The position numbers were made by a program, and so were the translations under genes. The notes below the pieces were generated by a model. The model ran no database searches, was not told the DNA's origin, and saw only the letters and a program-made list of their open reading frames with translations. Shown in pieces: positions 45,517 through 54,924 of a stretch of 64,000 nucleotides of DNA. This stretch comes from Prevotella sp. UBA2809. Lineage in GTDB: Bacteria > Bacteroidota > Bacteroidia > Bacteroidales > Bacteroidaceae. Location: NCBI GenBank assembly GCA_002351725.1, contig DEHD01000018.1:10519-74518 (forward strand). The letters are read 5' to 3'. Numbering within the stretch: position 1 is the stretch's first letter; every line of letters begins with the position of its first letter.

Positions 45517-48500
45517 TTAGTTGAAATAATACTTAACACCGATAGAAGCATACCAGCACTGACCAAGACTATAGTTAGTAGTCCAAGTCTGAGTGTTGCC
45601 ATTGATAGACTTTGGAGTAGAGAAGGTAGCGAAGCCCTGTGCGTCGACACCCTCGTACTTCAGGATCTTAGCCTCTGAACCAATCTCAGGATTCAGATAC
45701 TTAGCTACACCCCATGAAGAATCGAAGAAGTTGAGAACGTTCTTCATATCGAATGTGAGCTGCAGCATGTGCTTGGTCTTACCGATGTTCAGCTTGAAGT
45801 CGTGCTTGTAGCCGAAGTCAAGGCGGTGTACCCATGGAGAGTAAACGCTGTAAGCCTCAGCATACTCACCCTGATGCTTGCTCAGATAACCATCGTTGTG
45901 AACATAGTCCATGAAGCGGGTCTTATCGTCCTCACTTACAAAGCGGAACATGTTGTTAGCAACCTCCTCATCTGTTGGAATGTAAAGTGCATCGTAAGCG
46001 TAACCATCGCCGTTCATATCGTTCTGCATCATGTAAGAGTAGCTGTTGCCACCACGCCATGCTTCGTATACAAAGTTATAGTGGTTGCCACACTTATCGT
46101 GGAGAGTAGCGCTTGCTACGATACGATCAGGAGTTACATACTGAGAGTTGTGCAACTTGATGTTGTTTGGTCCCTCGTAAGTAGGTACGTATGTGAATGC
46201 AGACTCAGCAGCTGAACCAGGCATACCAGTAACCTCCTTAGATACAGTGTGAGTATAAGCAGCCATCAGGCTTACCCAGTCGGCAGGCTGAGCGTTCAGA
46301 GTAATGTTAGCGCTCCAACCGTAACCACGACTTGTGTTCTCAAGAACAAATGCCTTAGTACCGCTGCGGAAATCATCTGGGAAGATAGGACGGTTGTCAA
46401 CACCATTGAAGCGAGCGAAACCACCTACGTTCTTAATACTCCAGTCAGAGATTGATACACCATTAAGAGTCTTATTGTAGATTCCCTCAACAGTAACTGT
46501 GAATGGGAACTCAACAGGAATCTGATAGTCGATAGCCAAAGAGGTCTTCCAAACCTGAGGCATCTTGAAGCTAGGATCAACACCGTTAACAGCAGAAGGA
46601 ACTGTTCCGTCCTCAGGCTTAACAGTTGTAGGATAGCCGAGGCTCTGGAGCTTAGCAAGCATATCGCTGACATTTGTCATAGGACCACCAGCGAACTCTT
46701 CCATACCAAAGCCCATCTTGCTGGCATTCTTAGCATTGATCTGTGCCTGATACTGAACCAGACCACCATTGGTAGGCATGTTGGTGAAGAATACCAGAGG
46801 CAGACGACCAGAGAAGAGACCAGTACCACCACGAACCTTCAGGCTCTTGTCACCAAATACGTCGTAGGTGAATCCCAGACGTGGAGAGAAGGTGATGCTG
46901 TTCTTTGGCCACTTACCTGTATCAACGTGACGACCGTTATAATCGAGATTCAGAATAGCTGCGTTAGTCATCAGGTCGCTGTTGTTGAAGAACAATCCAT
47001 CAACACGCAGACCGTAGGTGAGCTTGAACTTATCGTTGATGTTCCACTCATCCTGAGCATAGATACCAGGACGGTTGAACTGAACACGAGCAGCAGGAGC
47101 TGTCTCACCATCGTAACCGTAAGTCAGACAGAAAATCTCAGGAGTCTGGTTGAACAACATATCTGGCTGCAGTACACCACCAATATACATATTGTCGGAG
47201 AGGTTGTAACGATAGTAACCAGAACCGTTACGCATATACATATTGTCGGCCATCTGATGCTCGAAACTGATACCAGCCATAATCTTATGGGCACCAGCAT
47301 AATAGGTTACATCGTCCTTGATGTTCCAAATAGTGTTGTGAACTGCGTTGTTCCATGTGAACAGCTCATAACCCAGAGCGATGTAGTTGTTATCGTCCTT
47401 AGTGATATCAATGAATGGGAACTCAGAAGAGTTTGTACCACGGATATCATCGAGTTTAGAGATAGTAGCCAGCAACTGGTTAGAAAGATTATCAGTAAGA
47501 CGGCTATTGAAGTCGAGTGACCAAGAATGTACGGTATTCTTCATTGAGTACATTGAGTTGGCATATGCCATAGAATACTGAGACATACGGGCACCACTCA
47601 TACGAGTACCACCATCCATAGAGGTAGCATTTGGAGCGTTCCATACATTATTCTTAGTATAGTTATAGCGCAGAGCCACTTTGTGACGATCGTTGATGTT
47701 CCAGTCTAAGCGGGCCATCAGCTTGTAGTTACTCTCATCAGCTGGGAAGCTTGTCCAAGAACCGGTATCGTAACCGTACTTGTTGGCCATATAATTAGAA
47801 ATAGCCTCAAGATCCTTGTTGGTTGTACGAGAGATATAGTTTTCAGCATCAGCCTTACCATCCTCAGAACCCTTCCAACGGTTAACAACTGATGGAATCT
47901 TAATCATTTCTCCGTTGACGAAGAAGAAGAGTTTGTTCTTGATGATTGGGCCACCCAGAGTGAAACCGTAAGTAGTAGTCTGAGACTTCTCACGAGCACC
48001 CTGAATCTGCTGGCGATTTACAGCGTCACCCTGCATATTCTCATTCTTGTGATAAACGTAAGCACTACCCTTGAAGGTGTTAGTACCCGACTTAGTAATA
48101 GCGTTTACACCACCACCGATGAAGTTGGTCTGACGAACATCGTAAGGAGAGATAACAACCTGCAACTCTTCGATAGCATCGATAGAGATTGGGTTACCAC
48201 CACCAGGAAGGTTTGCACTCAAACCAAAGTTGTTGTTGAAGTTAGCTCCATCAACGGTGAAGTTGGCAGTACGACCATCAGCACCAGCGAAGCTCATGCC
48301 ATTACCTCCATAAGGAGACAGACGAGTAACATCTGTGATTGAACGGCTAACGGTTGGCAGGTTGGTAATCTGCGAGCTGTTAATGTTAGTAGCAGCACCT
48401 GTCTTCTCAGCAGCGAACTTTGAAGCCTTACCACTTACTACAACCTCTGCAAGCTCAGTAGCGTCCTCTGACAAGAATACTGAGAGATTGTAGGTTTCAG

Positions 48501-48801
48501 CCAGCTGGAGGATAATCCCCTTAACGGTTTTGGGCTGGAAACCGATGTAAGAAATGGTCACATTGTAAGGACCACCAGTACGCATACCATTAATCGAGAA
48601 ACGACCTGTGGTATTGGTCACTGCTGTGTAACGAGTACCAGAAGGCTCGTGAACAGCCACAACTGTAGCACCGATGACTTCCTCGCCATTAGCATCGTCG
48701 AGGGTCACCTTTCCAGCCATACTTGAAGTTGTGATTTGCGCCATCAATGTTAGCGAAAACGTTAACATCATAGCAACCAGAAAGAGTAATCTTTTCTGCA
48801 T
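45517..48801 (-). CDS. TonB-dependent receptor, Oar-like (paralog 1)
   Basis: Signal peptide; PYDVRQTNFIGGGVNAITKSGTN, FSPRLGFTY, GGTGLFSGR; ends KYYFN. Confidence 0.88.
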   Translation of the reverse strand: MQKRLLFLVAMMLTFSLTLMAQITTSSMAGKVTLDDANGEEVIGATVVAVHEPSGTRYTAVTNTTGRFSINGMRTGGPYNVTISYIGFQPKTVKGIILQLAETYNLSVFLSEDATELAEVVVSGKASKFAAEKTGAATNINSSQITNLPTVSRSITDVTRLSPYGGNGMSFAGADGRTANFTVDGANFNNNFGLSANLPGGGNPISIDAIEELQVVISPYDVRQTNFIGGGVNAITKSGTNTFKGSAYVYHKNENMQGDAVNRQQIQGAREKSQTTTYGFTLGGPIIKNKLFFFVNGEMIKIPSVVNRWKGSEDGKADAENYISRTTNKDLEAISNYMANKYGYDTGSWTSFPADESNYKLMARLDWNINDRHKVALRYNYTKNNVWNAPNATSMDGGTRMSGARMSQYSMAYANSMYSMKNTVHSWSLDFNSRLTDNLSNQLLATISKLDDIRGTNSSEFPFIDITKDDNNYIALGYELFTWNNAVHNTIWNIKDDVTYYAGAHKIMAGISFEHQMADNMYMRNGSGYYRYNLSDNMYIGGVLQPDMLFNQTPEIFCLTYGYDGETAPAARVQFNRPGIYAQDEWNINDKFKLTYGLRVDGLFFNNSDLMTNAAILNLDYNGRHVDTGKWPKNSITFSPRLGFTYDVFGDKSLKVRGGTGLFSGRLPLVFFTNMPTNGGLVQYQAQINAKNASKMGFGMEEFAGGPMTNVSDMLAKLQSLGYPTTVKPEDGTVPSAVNGVDPSFKMPQVWKTSLAIDYQIPVEFPFTVTVEGIYNKTLNGVSISDWSIKNVGGFARFNGVDNRPIFPDDFRSGTKAFVLENTSRGYGWSANITLNAQPADWVSLMAAYTHTVSKEVTGMPGSAAESAFTYVPTYEGPNNIKLHNSQYVTPDRIVASATLHDKCGNHYNFVYEAWRGGNSYSYMMQNDMNGDGYAYDALYIPTDEEVANNMFRFVSEDDKTRFMDYVHNDGYLSKHQGEYAEAYSVYSPWVHRLDFGYKHDFKLNIGKTKHMLQLTFDMKNVLNFFDSSWGVAKYLNPEIGSEAKILKYEGVDAQGFATFSTPKSINGNTQTWTTNYSLGQCWYASIGVKYYFN

Positions 48802-48840
48802 AAATTTTTAACTGTTTTAATTAATTAATTATCGGAATAA

Positions 48841-48905
48841 AACCGGATTATTTAAATTTCGGTGCAAAGGTATGAAAATTTTTCCGATTTAATGTTATAA
48901 ATCGG
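48841..48905 (-). promoter_or_regulatory. promoter of receptor paralog 1: AACCGG motif, -7 box and upstream inverted repeat
   Basis: TACCTTTG at 48872-48865; CCGATTTA-N6-TAAATCGG at 48884-48905. Confidence 0.6.
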
Positions 48906-48943
48906 CTACTTTTTTAAAAAATCGTGAAAATTATTGCGTAACG

Positions 48944-50113
48944 TTAGGCCTCGTCCTCGAAGTCCTCGTACTCAAAGTCCTCGATATCCTCGATATCATC
49001 CTCGTCGATATACTCGATATCCTCGTCCTCACCCTCATCGGCAAGCTCCTGAGCAAAACGGCTCATATCCTTGTCGCGATGCACCAGCGAATCCTCCGAG
49101 GTGATGACGTTCAGTTTGTTGCTTTCGGCATTCAGCTCGTTCCAAAGCACATCCTTGAGTTCGTCGAGACCATAGCCGGTCACAGCCGAAATAAATACCA
49201 CAGGCAAATCCTGAGGCAACGACTCCTTCAGCATCTCAATCAGTTCCTCGTCGAGCAGGTCGCACTTGGTAACGGCCAGCACGCGATGCTTGTCGAGCAT
49301 CTCGGGATTGAACTGCTGAAGCTCGTTGAGCAGAATTTCATATTCTCGCTTAATATCATCAGTATCGCCAGGTACCATAAAGAGCAACAGCGAGTTTCGC
49401 TCAATATGGCGCAAAAACCTGAGTCCCAAACCTTTACCTTCGGATGCGCCCTCGATAATTCCTGGGATATCGGCCATAACAAACGACTTGTTATCGCGAT
49501 ATCCAACAATACCAAGAGAGGGTTCCATAGTGGTAAATGGATAATTTGCTATTTTAGGCTTAGCATTTGATAGCGATGAGACAAGGGTAGATTTTCCCGC
49601 ATTAGGAAAACCTACCAAGCCTACATCAGCTAATAATTTCAATTCAAGAATAATGGTCATCTCCTGCATGGGCTCACCAGGCTGGGCATAACGCGGAGCC
49701 TGATTGGTAGATGTACGGAACTGGAAATTACCCAATCCTCCACGACCACCCTTCAGTAGCAGAACTTCCTGACCATCGTATGTAACATCGCAGACATACT
49801 TTCCGGTTTCAGCATTATACACTACGGTACCACAAGGCACATCAATGTAAACATCCTTTCCATCGGTACCATGACACTTGTCACGACCACCATTACCTCC
49901 GTGTTCTGCAAAGATATGGCGCTCGTACTTGAGGTGCAAAAGAGTCCAATAGTTATGGTTTCCGCGCAGAATGATGCTTCCCCCCTTTCCACCATCACCA
50001 CCATCAGGACCTCCGTTGGGGTTATACTTTACATGGCGTAAGTGCATACTGCCCTTACCTCCCTTACCAGAGCGGCAGTAAATCTTAACGTAGTCTACGA
50101 AATTTGATTCCAT
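48944..50113 (-). CDS. obgE: GTPase ObgE
   Basis: [30 protein letters not shown]; acidic tail. Confidence 0.96.
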   Translation of the reverse strand: MESNFVDYVKIYCRSGKGGKGSMHLRHVKYNPNGGPDGGDGGKGGSIILRGNHNYWTLLHLKYERHIFAEHGGNGGRDKCHGTDGKDVYIDVPCGTVVYNAETGKYVCDVTYDGQEVLLLKGGRGGLGNFQFRTSTNQAPRYAQPGEPMQEMTIILELKLLADVGLVGFPNAGKSTLVSSLSNAKPKIANYPFTTMEPSLGIVGYRDNKSFVMADIPGIIEGASEGKGLGLRFLRHIERNSLLLFMVPGDTDDIKREYEILLNELQQFNPEMLDKHRVLAVTKCDLLDEELIEMLKESLPQDLPVVFISAVTGYGLDELKDVLWNELNAESNKLNVITSEDSLVHRDKDMSRFAQELADEGEDEDIEYIDEDDIEDIEDFEYEDFEDEA

Positions 50114-50686
50114 TTAGATATTGTCAATAACTTGGCAAATGTCTCCGAAAATACGCTCCAGCTCGCCCAGACCGTCGATATGATAGTGAACACCCTCCTT
50201 CTTATACCATTCAATGAGAGGCATTGTCTGAGAGTGATAAACCACGAGGCGCTTCTTGATTGTCTCCTCGTTGTCGTCAGCACGTCCGCTCTGCTGTCCA
50301 CGCAGGATAAGACGCTTCATCAGCTCATCCTCTGGAACATCAAGCTCAATCATAGCTGCAACCTTGTCACCACGCTCATCGAGCATCTTCTTCAAGGCCT
50401 CAGCCTGTGGGATAGTACGGGGGAATCCGTCGAAGATAACACCTTTGCTATCGCGTCCGAAGCTATCATATACAGAAGCAAGGATGCTAACCATAAGATC
50501 ATCTGGAATAAGCTGACCCTTCTCAATATAGCTGGCTGCAGTCTTACCCAGTTCTGTACCATTTTTGATTTCATCACGAAGTACGTCACCAGTTGAGATG
50601 TGGTTAAGTCCGTACTTCTCAATCATCTTATCACTCTGTGTTCCCTTGCCTGAGCCAGGAGCACCAAAAATAACGATATTCTTCAT
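50114..50686 (-). CDS. adk: adenylate kinase
   Basis: GAPGSGKGTQ, DGFPRT, RADD. Confidence 0.96.
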   Translation of the reverse strand: MKNIVIFGAPGSGKGTQSDKMIEKYGLNHISTGDVLRDEIKNGTELGKTAASYIEKGQLIPDDLMVSILASVYDSFGRDSKGVIFDGFPRTIPQAEALKKMLDERGDKVAAMIELDVPEDELMKRLILRGQQSGRADDNEETIKKRLVVYHSQTMPLIEWYKKEGVHYHIDGLGELERIFGDICQVIDNI

Positions 50687-50713
50687 TATCCTGATATTTA
50701 GTTTAATTTAAGT

Positions 50714-51253
50714 TTACTCATCAATGATTGTGTAAATATCCTTCAAACCTCTGGCCTGCTGATCGTAATCCAAGCCGTAGCCAAGAATAAAATCATCGGG
50801 AATGCTGAAAGCTACGTATTCTGGATGGATATTCTCCTTCAGCTTGCTGGGTTTAAAGAACAATGTGCAGATATGAATGGATTCAGGGTTACGAGTGCCC
50901 AGCGACTCTATCATCTGCTTCATAGTAAGGCCGCTCTCCACAATATCTTCTACAATTATCACCGTACGATTAGTCAAGTCCTCGTTAATACCAAACACCT
51001 CCTTGATTTTACCTGTGGATGTGGTTCCCTGATAAGAAGCCAACTTCACAAAAGAAATCTCACAAGGAATAGTCATCTCACGTATCAAGTCGGCCGCAAA
51101 GATAAACGCACCATTCAGAACACCTAACAACAGGGGATTCTTACCCTCCATATCCTTACTGATCTGCTGAGCCACAGCCTTTACACGCTCCTTAATTTCT
51201 GCCTCAGTGATGGAGGTTTTGAACGACTTATCCTTAACTTTGATAATACTCAT
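50714..51253 (-). CDS. hpt: hypoxanthine phosphoribosyltransferase
   Basis: VEDIVESGLT, FILGYGLDY. Confidence 0.95.
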   Translation of the reverse strand: MSIIKVKDKSFKTSITEAEIKERVKAVAQQISKDMEGKNPLLLGVLNGAFIFAADLIREMTIPCEISFVKLASYQGTTSTGKIKEVFGINEDLTNRTVIIVEDIVESGLTMKQMIESLGTRNPESIHICTLFFKPSKLKENIHPEYVAFSIPDDFILGYGLDYDQQARGLKDIYTIIDE

Positions 51254-51278
51254 ACGCTGAAAGAATTAAAAATTTGTG

Positions 51279-51337
51279 CAAAATTACAAAAATTCTGCCA
51301 AACTCTATCATTCATTAGCAATTTTTTCGTATTTTTG
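51279..51337. promoter_or_regulatory. divergent -7 boxes (hpt operon vs nnr)
   Basis: TAATTTTG on - (51286-51279) and TATTTTTG on + (51330-51337). Confidence 0.55.
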
Positions 51338-51344
51338 CACCATT

Positions 51345-52856
51345 ATGAAGATATTTACGAGCGCACAAGTCCATGAATTGGACAAATACACTATAGACAA
51401 CGAGCCCATTAAATCTATTGATTTGATGGAGCGAGCCGCAAAAGCATTGACACAAGCAATAACAGACAATTGGAACTTCAACACACCTGTTATCATTTTT
51501 GCCGGTCCCGGCAATAATGGCGGCGATGCATTGGCTGTGGCAAGAATGCTGATAGAGAAAGACTATGAGGTAACAGTATACTTGTTTAACATAACCGGCC
51601 ATCTGTCGGAAGACTGCCTTGCCAACAAGAAGCGCCTGATTGAAAAACGTTCGAGGGCACTGATTGAGGTTATGCAAGAGTTTGAGCCACCCCAGCTGGA
51701 AGAAGGGACTTTGGTAGTTGATGGTTTGTTTGGCTCTGGTCTGAACAAGCCTCTGGCTGGAGGATTTGCCTCGTTAGTAAAGTATATTAATGCCTCACGT
51801 GCACAGGTAGTCAGCATCGATATTCCGTCTGGACTTATGACAGAGGACAATACTTATAATGTAAAGGCCAACATCATACGTGCAGACATGACTCTGACAC
51901 TCCAACTGCCAAAATTATCTTTCCTTTTCCCAGAGAATCAACAGTTTATAGGAAAACTCAAGATTCTGGACATACGCCTAAGCAAACAGGGAATTGACAA
52001 GATAGATGCCAACTACACGTTACTTGAAGAGAACGACATTCGTCCTCACATACTTAAGCGCGATCCATTTGCCCACAAAGGCAAAATGGGTAACGCACTG
52101 ATTATTGCAGGAAGTTACGGAATGTGCGGAGCTTCAGTCCTCGCCACCCAAGCATGTTTACGTGTTGGAGCAGGTAAGGTTACAGCACATACGCCAAAAC
52201 GCAACAGTACAATACTACAGATAAGCGTACCCGAGGCTATCATTCAGTTCGACAGAGAAGAAACAACATTCTCGGAGGCTGTAGACACAGAGGATTTCAA
52301 CGCTTTGGGCATAGGACCTGGACTTGGAACCAGCGAACAAACAGCGATTGCCATCATAGCCCAGCTGCGCAGAACACAATGCCCTATCGTTGTAGATGCT
52401 GATGCTATCAACATCTTAGCGAATCATCGTGCATGGTTGCAACAACTTCCAAAGGGAATCATCATGACTCCACATCCCAAAGAGTTCGACAGACTGGAAG
52501 GTCCCTCTAACGACAGTTTCGAACGCTTGATGAAAGCCCGCGATCTGGCAGAACGTATTCATGGATACATTCTGCTCAAAGGTCATCACAGTTCACTCTG
52601 TCTGCCTGACGGACACATCATCTTCAACTCTACAGGTAATGCCGGTATGGCCACAGCAGGTAGTGGCGACGTACTGACAGGTATCATTACAGGCCTGCTG
52701 GCTCGCGGATACAATCAGGAAAACGCATGTATTGTAGGCATGTATCTACACGGAATGGCTGGCGACATCGCTGCACGCGAATTAGGAGAAGAGAGCGTGA
52801 TAGCAAGCGACATTATCAAGAATCTGCCTTACGCATTTAAACGACTTAATGAATGA
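51345..52856 (+). CDS. nnr: bifunctional NAD(P)H-hydrate epimerase/dehydratase
   Basis: LMERAA, GPGNNGGD, DIPSG, TPHPKE, ATAGSGDVL. Confidence 0.92.
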   Translation: MKIFTSAQVHELDKYTIDNEPIKSIDLMERAAKALTQAITDNWNFNTPVIIFAGPGNNGGDALAVARMLIEKDYEVTVYLFNITGHLSEDCLANKKRLIEKRSRALIEVMQEFEPPQLEEGTLVVDGLFGSGLNKPLAGGFASLVKYINASRAQVVSIDIPSGLMTEDNTYNVKANIIRADMTLTLQLPKLSFLFPENQQFIGKLKILDIRLSKQGIDKIDANYTLLEENDIRPHILKRDPFAHKGKMGNALIIAGSYGMCGASVLATQACLRVGAGKVTAHTPKRNSTILQISVPEAIIQFDREETTFSEAVDTEDFNALGIGPGLGTSEQTAIAIIAQLRRTQCPIVVDADAINILANHRAWLQQLPKGIIMTPHPKEFDRLEGPSNDSFERLMKARDLAERIHGYILLKGHHSSLCLPDGHIIFNSTGNAGMATAGSGDVLTGIITGLLARGYNQENACIVGMYLHGMAGDIAARELGEESVIASDIIKNLPYAFKRLNE

Positions 52857-53932
52857 GTAGAAAATTAGCTTTATTTATAGCCTTGACATTAGGCGCAACT
52901 GGTTCACTGGCTCAGACCGTTATAAGCAACTACAAGCCAGGAGTAACCAGCGAGGGAGCAGTGTATTATCTGCCCAAGACCGCAATACGTATAACACTTC
53001 AAATAGAAAAAACGATATACACCCCAGGAGAGTTCTGTAAATATTCAGAGAAATATCTACGAATTAAGGATGTGGCTTCTACTCCATCTACCAAATATCG
53101 TTTGATTTCGGTACAGCAGGAGCCATTTGCTGTAGCAGATACATCAAAATGTTATGCGGTAAAGTATGATGCCAAGACCTCTGCTTGCAACGTCAGACTT
53201 TCTGATAAAGGAATCCTTTTGGCTATAAACCAGGATATCAAGCAACAGGCACAACAAAAAATCACTAACGCCCCCAAAGTTAAGCCTGCTAGCAAGTCGC
53301 CAAAGTCATATCTTAGCGAAGAGATTCTCTCTGCCGGTAGCACATCAAAGATGGCAGAACTTACTGCTCAGGAGATTTATGAGATTCGCGAGAGTCGTAG
53401 CATGCTGGCCAAAGGACAGGCCGACTTTATGCCAAAGGACGGCGAACAGCTCCGACTGATGCTACAAGAGCTCGGGACTCAGGATGAGGCGCTTACAAGC
53501 CTCTTCACTGGTGTAACAACAAGCGACACCACCACGCATACTATAACCTATCTGGTAAATAAGCCTGTAAAGCGTGATGTATTGTTCCGTTTTTCTTCAG
53601 ACTTCGGACTTGTAGACAGCGATGACCTTTCGGGTACACCTTATTATATATATATAGAAGACCTGAAAACAGTAGCAGAGCCTGCACCTGTTGATCCGAA
53701 GAAAGCAGTAAAACCACAACAATCAGGCGTCTACGTAAATATTCCAGGCAAGATGCGCTCAACAATCTTCGACGCTAAAGCCCAGATTGTTGCAAACGAA
53801 TTTCCTGCCCCACAATTTGGAAATGTAGAGTTGCTGAGTGGAGCCTTGTTCAACAAGCGTTATACCAGCAAGCTACTGCTCAACCCACTTACAGGAGCGG
53901 TTGAGAAACTGGAAGCAGAGCAACCAAGATAA
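52853..53932 (+). CDS. DUF4831-like secreted protein
   Basis: Signal peptide; YYLPKT, PQFG; typical neighbour of nnr in Bacteroidales. Confidence 0.65.
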   Translation: MSRKLALFIALTLGATGSLAQTVISNYKPGVTSEGAVYYLPKTAIRITLQIEKTIYTPGEFCKYSEKYLRIKDVASTPSTKYRLISVQQEPFAVADTSKCYAVKYDAKTSACNVRLSDKGILLAINQDIKQQAQQKITNAPKVKPASKSPKSYLSEEILSAGSTSKMAELTAQEIYEIRESRSMLAKGQADFMPKDGEQLRLMLQELGTQDEALTSLFTGVTTSDTTTHTITYLVNKPVKRDVLFRFSSDFGLVDSDDLSGTPYYIYIEDLKTVAEPAPVDPKKAVKPQQSGVYVNIPGKMRSTIFDAKAQIVANEFPAPQFGNVELLSGALFNKRYTSKLLLNPLTGAVEKLEAEQPR

Positions 53933-54922
53933 TTACTTTTCAGAGAAGATTACCTGAATAAGAGTCTGCCCTACAGCCTGTAGGGTATTCTTATCGATAT
54001 GCTCCATATCATCATTAACGGTATGCCAAGTAGGACCAAAGCTGCTTTGTTCGCAGTTTGGATAATATGGAATAATATCGATGGTTGGAATCTTAGCCTT
54101 AGTATTCACAGGCACATGGTCATCGGTAACACCTGTTCCAAGCTGTGTAGGGAACATACTTCCATAGCCAACAACCTGAGCTGCACGCCAAACCTTATCT
54201 ACAATGCTACTAGCGTGCTGTACAGAAATAGGCTCTTTATAGAACTGAGCACCTTGTCCACCTACCATATCAAGCAGGATTCCAAAACGAGCCTTATATC
54301 CTTTCTTATGCAGGTTGGCCGACCAATACTGTGATCCAAGTGCCCACGAATCGCCATCATAATCAGCATCACTCCACTGAGGCACGCCCCAGTCTTCAGC
54401 ATCAAAACAGATAAAGTCTACTCCCATCTGCAGAGTATCTTTCGAGAGCAGTCTGGCAACCTCAAGCATAACAGCCACGCCCGATGCTCCATCGTTAGCA
54501 GCCAGCACTGGCTTTTTATGATTGGCTTCATCAGGATCATTATCTGCCCAAGGACGGCTATCCCAATGAGCACAAAGCAATATGCGATCTGAGAGATCAG
54601 GACGATAGCTTGCTATAATATTGGTGCTTTTTAGTGATGTGCCGTCATAGCCCTTAAGCACAGCCTTCTGAGGGATTACATCCATTCCAAATCCCTTGAA
54701 CTTAGAGATGATCCACTGCTCGCAGTCATCATGCGCCTTACTGTTCATAGTACGTGGTCCGAAATCACACTGATCCTTACAGTACTGAAAAGCGCTATCG
54801 GCACAGAACACAGGACCAACAGGCTGCATTGAAGCAGACTCTTCAGTAGTCTGCTTACGAAGATTTCCACAACTTACTACAAAAAGTGAAAGGGCTAAGG
54901 CCGATAAGATATTCTTGTTCAT
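53933..54922 (-). CDS. M28-family lipoprotein, probable glutaminyl cyclase
   Basis: Lipobox VVSC; AHWDSR, NDGASG, DAED, LLDMVG, DDH, WHT. Confidence 0.8.
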   Translation of the reverse strand: MNKNILSALALSLFVVSCGNLRKQTTEESASMQPVGPVFCADSAFQYCKDQCDFGPRTMNSKAHDDCEQWIISKFKGFGMDVIPQKAVLKGYDGTSLKSTNIIASYRPDLSDRILLCAHWDSRPWADNDPDEANHKKPVLAANDGASGVAVMLEVARLLSKDTLQMGVDFICFDAEDWGVPQWSDADYDGDSWALGSQYWSANLHKKGYKARFGILLDMVGGQGAQFYKEPISVQHASSIVDKVWRAAQVVGYGSMFPTQLGTGVTDDHVPVNTKAKIPTIDIIPYYPNCEQSSFGPTWHTVNDDMEHIDKNTLQAVGQTLIQVIFSEK

Positions 54923-54924
54923 TT

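Noticed and set aside
48944-49040. Repeated CCTCGATAT-like units at the obgE 3' end, and A/E/K repeats at about 420-750 in the envC-like gene
   Set aside because: These reflect low-complexity acidic-tail and coiled-coil coding, not independent DNA elements.
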